Source of the DNA: a virus
Taxonomy: Duplodnaviria; Caudoviricetes
Reading direction: 5' to 3' (one strand)
Virus record (IMG/VR): IMGVR_UViG_3300010167_000010
Span: 265,019 to 329,018 of that record
Length of the DNA stretch: 64,000 nt
The notes beneath the pieces were generated by a model that saw only the letters and a list, made by a program, of their open reading frames with translations, made no database searches and was not told the DNA's origin. Shown in pieces: positions 59,489 through 64,000 of this stretch. The position numbers and the translations under genes were made by a program. How positions within the stretch are numbered: the first letter of the stretch is position 1; the number at the start of each line of letters is the position of its first letter.

Positions 59489-60802
59489 ATGGATAAGAAA
59501 CTTCAATCTTTATTTAATTTTATTCAAGAAAACGAAAATTGGTATGAGCTTTTAAAAGATGCTCCATATAATTTACGAATACGAGAACATCCCCATATAA
59601 AAAATAGATTTATATTCTCATACGATATGATCAGATCTGATATGAGTTTTGATATTGTAAAAGTATCTAGGGGCCTCGTTCTTGATGTTATAACGAAACA
59701 TTTATTTGATGATTCTAAAGATTACTCAAAGGTTGAACCAGAAAAAGTAAGAAAATGTGAAGTCATAATTAGAGGTTTTGATAAATTTTTTAATCACGGT
59801 GAAACTAATGCTGATAAAATAGATTGGAATGGTCCAATATATGCATTTGAAAAATTAGATGGTTCTCTTATAAAATATACTACAATAAAAGATGTTTATC
59901 CAAAAACCCATCATGGTGTTTGGTATAGAAAATTATGGACAACAAATAATGGGTTTGATGCTAGTGCAAGTTTACCAGGTGACTTAATTTGTGAATATGA
60001 AACATTTCAAGATTTAATAGATGAAGCAATAAAAAATTGGGATCAGAGCATTATTTATGAAATGAAAGAATTGGGAAAAGATTTAGTTTTTATGTTTGAA
60101 CTTGTATCTCCATTTAATAGGGTTGTAGTTCCATACAATATGATCGAACTTTATTGGTTAGGTTGTAGATGCAAAATAACTGGAAAAGAATATTTACCTC
60201 GAGATTTAGTTCATATTGGAACAGATAAAAAGTTTAACTCATCAGTAAGTAAATTATTATATGGGATAAAACAACCAAAAGTTTATCAGATGGAAACAAA
60301 AACTGTTGCAGAAATAATAAATTTAGTTTCTGAAATGGGTGCAGATAAAGAAGGGATAGTTTTAGTAGATCAACATTTTAATAGAATAAAAATTAAAGGT
60401 GAAGCTTATCTTTCAGTTCATAGAATGAAAGATAATAGTGGGCAGTTATCAACAGAACATGTTCTTAAGTGTATTCAAAATGAAACTATCGATGATATAA
60501 TTGGAATGTTTCCAGAATATAATCAAAAAATTCAAGAAGTAGTTAGTCTGTATAAAACTGTAGATTCTAAAATTGATGAAGTATTTTATATGTATGACCA
60601 TCACATTGCTAATATATATCATGCTGATAAAGATGGTCCAACAATGAAAAAAGAATTTGCAATGAAAGTTAAAGATAGTCCATTCTCAAAAATATATTTT
60701 AATATATATAAATGGGGAAAACTTCCAGAAATAAAATCAGACTTTCTTAATAATTTAGATTTAGATTCTTTAAAAAAATATTCGGAGATAAAAGTTGAAT
60801 AA
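59489..60802 (+). CDS. RNA ligase (T4 Rnl1-like)
   Basis: SRGLVL, GFDKFFN, EKLDGSL motif I, MFELVSP.NRVVV.Y, KEGIVL, RIKIK...Y. Confidence 0.88.
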   Translation: MDKKLQSLFNFIQENENWYELLKDAPYNLRIREHPHIKNRFIFSYDMIRSDMSFDIVKVSRGLVLDVITKHLFDDSKDYSKVEPEKVRKCEVIIRGFDKFFNHGETNADKIDWNGPIYAFEKLDGSLIKYTTIKDVYPKTHHGVWYRKLWTTNNGFDASASLPGDLICEYETFQDLIDEAIKNWDQSIIYEMKELGKDLVFMFELVSPFNRVVVPYNMIELYWLGCRCKITGKEYLPRDLVHIGTDKKFNSSVSKLLYGIKQPKVYQMETKTVAEIINLVSEMGADKEGIVLVDQHFNRIKIKGEAYLSVHRMKDNSGQLSTEHVLKCIQNETIDDIIGMFPEYNQKIQEVVSLYKTVDSKIDEVFYMYDHHIANIYHADKDGPTMKKEFAMKVKDSPFSKIYFNIYKWGKLPEIKSDFLNNLDLDSLKKYSEIKVE

Positions 60803-61307
60803 AATTAAAATTGTGTTTCTAGATATTGACGGTGTACTCAATGGTGGATATCAGAAAAAAATGACAAATAATTATTATAATCTTGACAAAGAAAAAATAA
60901 AATTATTAAATAAAATAATTAAAGATTCTTCTGAACCTGGAATTCAAACAAAAATAGTTTTATCTTCAACTTGGAGATTAGATTATACTGAACATGAAAT
61001 TGATTTTCATGGGCATGCAATTGATATGTTTTTTGAAGCCGTTGGAATTATTCCAGTTTGTTTAGGAAGAACAAGATATTTAAGTACTGATAGAGGAAAA
61101 GAAATCTTATCTTGGTTAGTACATTATCATCTTATGGGAAAAGATAAGATAGAAAATATCTGTATATTAGATGATGATGACGATATGTTAGAATTAGAAC
61201 CATGGTTAGTTAACACTAGTCATAGATTAGGTTTAACTGAAGAAAATGTTGTTGAAGCAATAGAAATGTTAAAAAAACCATTTAGATTAAATATAAACTT
61301 GGAGTAA
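60795..61307 (+). CDS. HAD phosphatase of RNA-repair type (HAD_SAK_2-like)
   Basis: FLDIDGVLN, IVLSSTWR, RGKEI..W, ILDDD.DM, GLT. Confidence 0.82.
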   Translation: MNKIKIVFLDIDGVLNGGYQKKMTNNYYNLDKEKIKLLNKIIKDSSEPGIQTKIVLSSTWRLDYTEHEIDFHGHAIDMFFEAVGIIPVCLGRTRYLSTDRGKEILSWLVHYHLMGKDKIENICILDDDDDMLELEPWLVNTSHRLGLTEENVVEAIEMLKKPFRLNINLE

Positions 61308-61310
61308 ATT

Positions 61311-61676
61311 ATGGCTAAATTAATTCAAGAAGAATTTAAATTATTAAGAGATAAACATTGGACTAATGAAAATGCTGAAAAAATAGTTTTAGAAAATACT
61401 ACTGATAATCATTATAAATATTATCATTTATCTCAAGATAAAAATGAAAATTTTATTTTATCTAATAGTCGACCTTTCAGAGCCGCGTGGGGAAGAATTG
61501 GTCATAAAGCACAATCTAAAAATTATATAGAACCAGGATTAACTATGTGGGATCAAATGATGAAAAAATTAGCAAAAGGATATATAGTTAAAACTTATCA
61601 AGTATTTGGAGATCATTGTTCTGCATATCAAGAATTCATGCAATTAGTTGGAGATGATGCGGAGTTATTCGATTGA
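61311..61676 (+). CDS. WGR-domain protein ending AELFD
   Basis: NHYKYY...WGRIG...KKLAKGY. Confidence 0.75.
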   Translation: MAKLIQEEFKLLRDKHWTNENAEKIVLENTTDNHYKYYHLSQDKNENFILSNSRPFRAAWGRIGHKAQSKNYIEPGLTMWDQMMKKLAKGYIVKTYQVFGDHCSAYQEFMQLVGDDAELFD

Positions 61677-61897
61677 TTGATTTTATTGGTCGAAAGTTTA
61701 AATATAAAAAGAAAGAATTTATTGTACATGGGATTCATTGCACAAACTCAGTTTGGGCAACTGGTGCTGTTCAATATGAATGTAGATATTTACCATTAAG
61801 AAAAGATTTACAATATAAAAAATCTTGGGCGTTTGAATGTTTTTCTCTTAGTAAATTAAGTGAAATATTTAAAAAAGATTGGGAGTTATTTGATTGA
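61673..61897 (+). CDS. Small protein ending WELFD
   Basis: GGAG SD plus TTG overlapping the previous stop. Confidence 0.6.
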   Translation: MIDFIGRKFKYKKKEFIVHGIHCTNSVWATGAVQYECRYLPLRKDLQYKKSWAFECFSLSKLSEIFKKDWELFD

Positions 61898-62082
61898 ATG
61901 TTGTTGGTGAAAGATTTATAAGTAGTGCTGGAATAAATTATACTGTTACTGATGAAAAGGGGCCGTCGGCAAGAAGATATCTTTATAAATGTATAAAAGA
62001 TTCTGGTGGTTTTACTTGGTTTAGTAGAAAAGAAATTTTAAATTATATTATAGAACAAACAAAAGCAGAATTATTTGATTGA
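61894..62082 (+). CDS. Small protein ending AELFD
   Basis: GGAG SD plus TTG overlapping the previous stop. Confidence 0.6.
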   Translation: MNVVGERFISSAGINYTVTDEKGPSARRYLYKCIKDSGGFTWFSRKEILNYIIEQTKAELFD

Positions 62083-62105
62083 TATGAAAACAGGGACTAA
62101 ATAAT

Positions 62106-62630
62106 ATGACAATTAAAGATATTTTAACTGAGGCAGTAGAGAAAAAAATAACTTATGCAGAAGCAAAAGAAAAATTAAAAAAATTAAGGCTTCCGCGGGA
62201 TGATTTTGAGCAATATGATATTTTAATTTACAAATTATTAGGAAAGGAAGAAAAAATAATTCATAATAAAATTCAATATCTTCCTAATATTCCTAATACT
62301 GTTTATAGTGTTATATTACAAGATGCTATTCAAAAAGTTAGAGAAGAATGGTATACTCCTGAAATATGTCAACACTTATTTGATACATATAGAATAAGCT
62401 CAAGTTTAATGAATTATTTTATAAATGAAGCAATTCATATAGTTAGAATGAACTCTATGAGCCAGGAAGAATTTGTAGAAATTGGTAAAATGTATCATAA
62501 TGCTATAAAATTTTTAGAAGAAAATATTAAAGAAGGGAAAAATATAAAATTAGAGGTACCAACTCCTAATATAAATGCTGAACAAGCAGAGAAAATTATA
62601 GTTAAACCAGTTGATTGTGACGACGAATAG
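62106..62630 (+). CDS. Hypothetical late protein
   Basis: ACTAAATAAT directly before ATG. Confidence 0.55.
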   Translation: MTIKDILTEAVEKKITYAEAKEKLKKLRLPRDDFEQYDILIYKLLGKEEKIIHNKIQYLPNIPNTVYSVILQDAIQKVREEWYTPEICQHLFDTYRISSSLMNYFINEAIHIVRMNSMSQEEFVEIGKMYHNAIKFLEENIKEGKNIKLEVPTPNINAEQAEKIIVKPVDCDDE

Positions 62631-62658
62631 TCTTATATAATATTTAGAGGATATCAAT

Positions 62659-63531
62659 ATGTCAGAAAATAAATATATTAAAGTAATTGCAGATGAAAAC
62701 GAATTAAAATGGTGGCATAAATATGCTATGCCTACACTTAAACCAAATGAAATATATTTTGTCTCTATGAGTATAAGAAAGAAACGCCTTTCTTCAGAAC
62801 AAAGAAAAGTAATTCCACATAATGAAATGTGGAATAAACAGCAAATTAGACATCAAGGTTGGGAAGCCTTTATTAAACATATTCGTCGTTTAGAAGTAAG
62901 AGTAGATTCTTATTTCCCTCATGAGTCGGCTGATTGGATAAATGAGGCTGTAGTTTGTTATTTTAATATCTGTCCAATAGACGCATATTCTGCAATGAAA
63001 GATCAATTAAATCACTTAAATGAAGTAATGACATCATTGACAGATAGTGCAATTAAAAATTCTAAAAATGGTTTAGAACAATCTTTTTATAAAGTTAGAA
63101 AATCTTTCGATACTTCACAATCTCTATTTGCTAGAAATTTTGGAGAAAAATGTTGGATAGATTTTGACATCGATTTTGATGATCAAGATTATTGGGGAAA
63201 ATATGAATTACTCAGAGGTTATTTTAATGCACAATTCGGAGAAGGAAATACGATTTTTGTTCGCACTGGTGGTGGAATCCATTGTTTGGTCCGCAGAAGC
63301 GTTTATAATATCAACCCGAACATCATTTATGACGGCGTTTCAAAAATCTTTCCAAATGCGAAAGAAATAGTAAAAAACGACAATCAAATGATTCCTTTGC
63401 CCGGCACTTGGATGTATGGTGATCATTCCGTATGTATTTTAAATAAGCAAGATATTACTGAAGAAATGAGACCACAGACTTTTTCAACATCAGAAATGAT
63501 GAGTGAAGAATACTCTAAGGTAGGAGATTAA
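62659..63531 (+). CDS. Protein with AEP/PrimPol-like motifs
   Basis: IDFDID, RTGGGIH, IPLPGT. Confidence 0.5.
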   Translation: MSENKYIKVIADENELKWWHKYAMPTLKPNEIYFVSMSIRKKRLSSEQRKVIPHNEMWNKQQIRHQGWEAFIKHIRRLEVRVDSYFPHESADWINEAVVCYFNICPIDAYSAMKDQLNHLNEVMTSLTDSAIKNSKNGLEQSFYKVRKSFDTSQSLFARNFGEKCWIDFDIDFDDQDYWGKYELLRGYFNAQFGEGNTIFVRTGGGIHCLVRRSVYNINPNIIYDGVSKIFPNAKEIVKNDNQMIPLPGTWMYGDHSVCILNKQDITEEMRPQTFSTSEMMSEEYSKVGD

Positions 63532-64000
63532 ATGAAAAAAGTTTATTCAATGGAAAGTAATGCGGTGGACCCTGATACTTTAGATACCTGGACAAAATTA
63601 GGAAAAACTACACAAAAAATAAGTCAAAGAAAACTTCAATTAGAAACAGGATGTCCAGGTGGGATTAAAGAAATAGATGCTTGGGGTTTTCAAAATGCTG
63701 ATGAAATTGAAAAACATTTTCATAATTTAGCTAAAAAAGAAAAAATAAATTGTTTTAAAGAATGGATCCCTACATCTTGGTTTAAACAAAATATTAAACC
63801 TCATTTAGAATTATTTGGAAATAAAATTGATGAAAATGATACAAAAACTGAACTTGCAAAACCTCCCCAAAGAGTTTGGTTACGTAATTGTAATACTAAT
63901 GAAATAATAGAATGTTTTTCACAACGAGAAGCAGAATTTATAATAAGACCTAATCTTCCCAAACATCAAAATAAAGCAGCTTATATATCACGAGTAAAAA
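63532..64000 (+). CDS. GIY-YIG (T5orf172/MUG113-like) endonuclease, partial
   Basis: KLGKT...R..QLETGCP...EIEKHFH......KEW; AGGAG SD; runs off the window. Confidence 0.65.
   Translation, partial: MKKVYSMESNAVDPDTLDTWTKLGKTTQKISQRKLQLETGCPGGIKEIDAWGFQNADEIEKHFHNLAKKEKINCFKEWIPTSWFKQNIKPHLELFGNKIDENDTKTELAKPPQRVWLRNCNTNEIIECFSQREAEFIIRPNLPKHQNKAAYISRVK

Noticed and set aside
4319-63370. Many short antisense or alternate-frame ORFs in the track (e.g. 8507-8890, 9270-9599, 16810-17355, 41983-42240, 54820-55161)
   Set aside because: Shadows of stronger genes, with no SD or promoter motif and compositionally biased translations
1-64000. CRISPR array, tRNA or rRNA genes
   Set aside because: No regularly spaced direct repeats or cloverleaf-like intergenic segments seen by eye; a dedicated scan was not possible

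Overview
A very AT-rich, gene-dense segment of a large tailed (jumbo, distantly T4-like) bacteriophage. The host is most likely a spirochaete (Treponema-like), judged from a captured FlaB flagellin and a FliM-like peptide. Phage functions seen: a giant minus-strand virion gene running off the left edge (>1970 aa, absent from the ORF track), tail-tube-like protein, internal head/core proteins with L-x-E motifs, terminase large subunit, amidase endolysin, rIIA/rIIB-like pair, SSB, DnaB helicase with a DnaC-like loader, UvsY-like protein, a sigma-like factor, GroEL, Hsp20, MoxR/VWA, RNA ligase with HAD phosphatase, heptose-type nucleotidyltransferase with GmhB, and several HNH/GIY-YIG endonucleases. 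Main findings: (1) a dispersed set of host flagellar/chemotaxis parts (FlaB, a CsrA-type leader, FliN domain, FliM CheY-binding peptide); (2) seven unrelated small proteins ending in ELFD-stop, plus one ELLD variant; (3) a large eukaryote/thaumarchaeal-type topoisomerase IB; (4) two overprinted gene pairs; (5) three candidate promoter classes, two at fixed spacing from start codons, implying leaderless mRNAs. All calls are by visual motif recognition; no searches were run.
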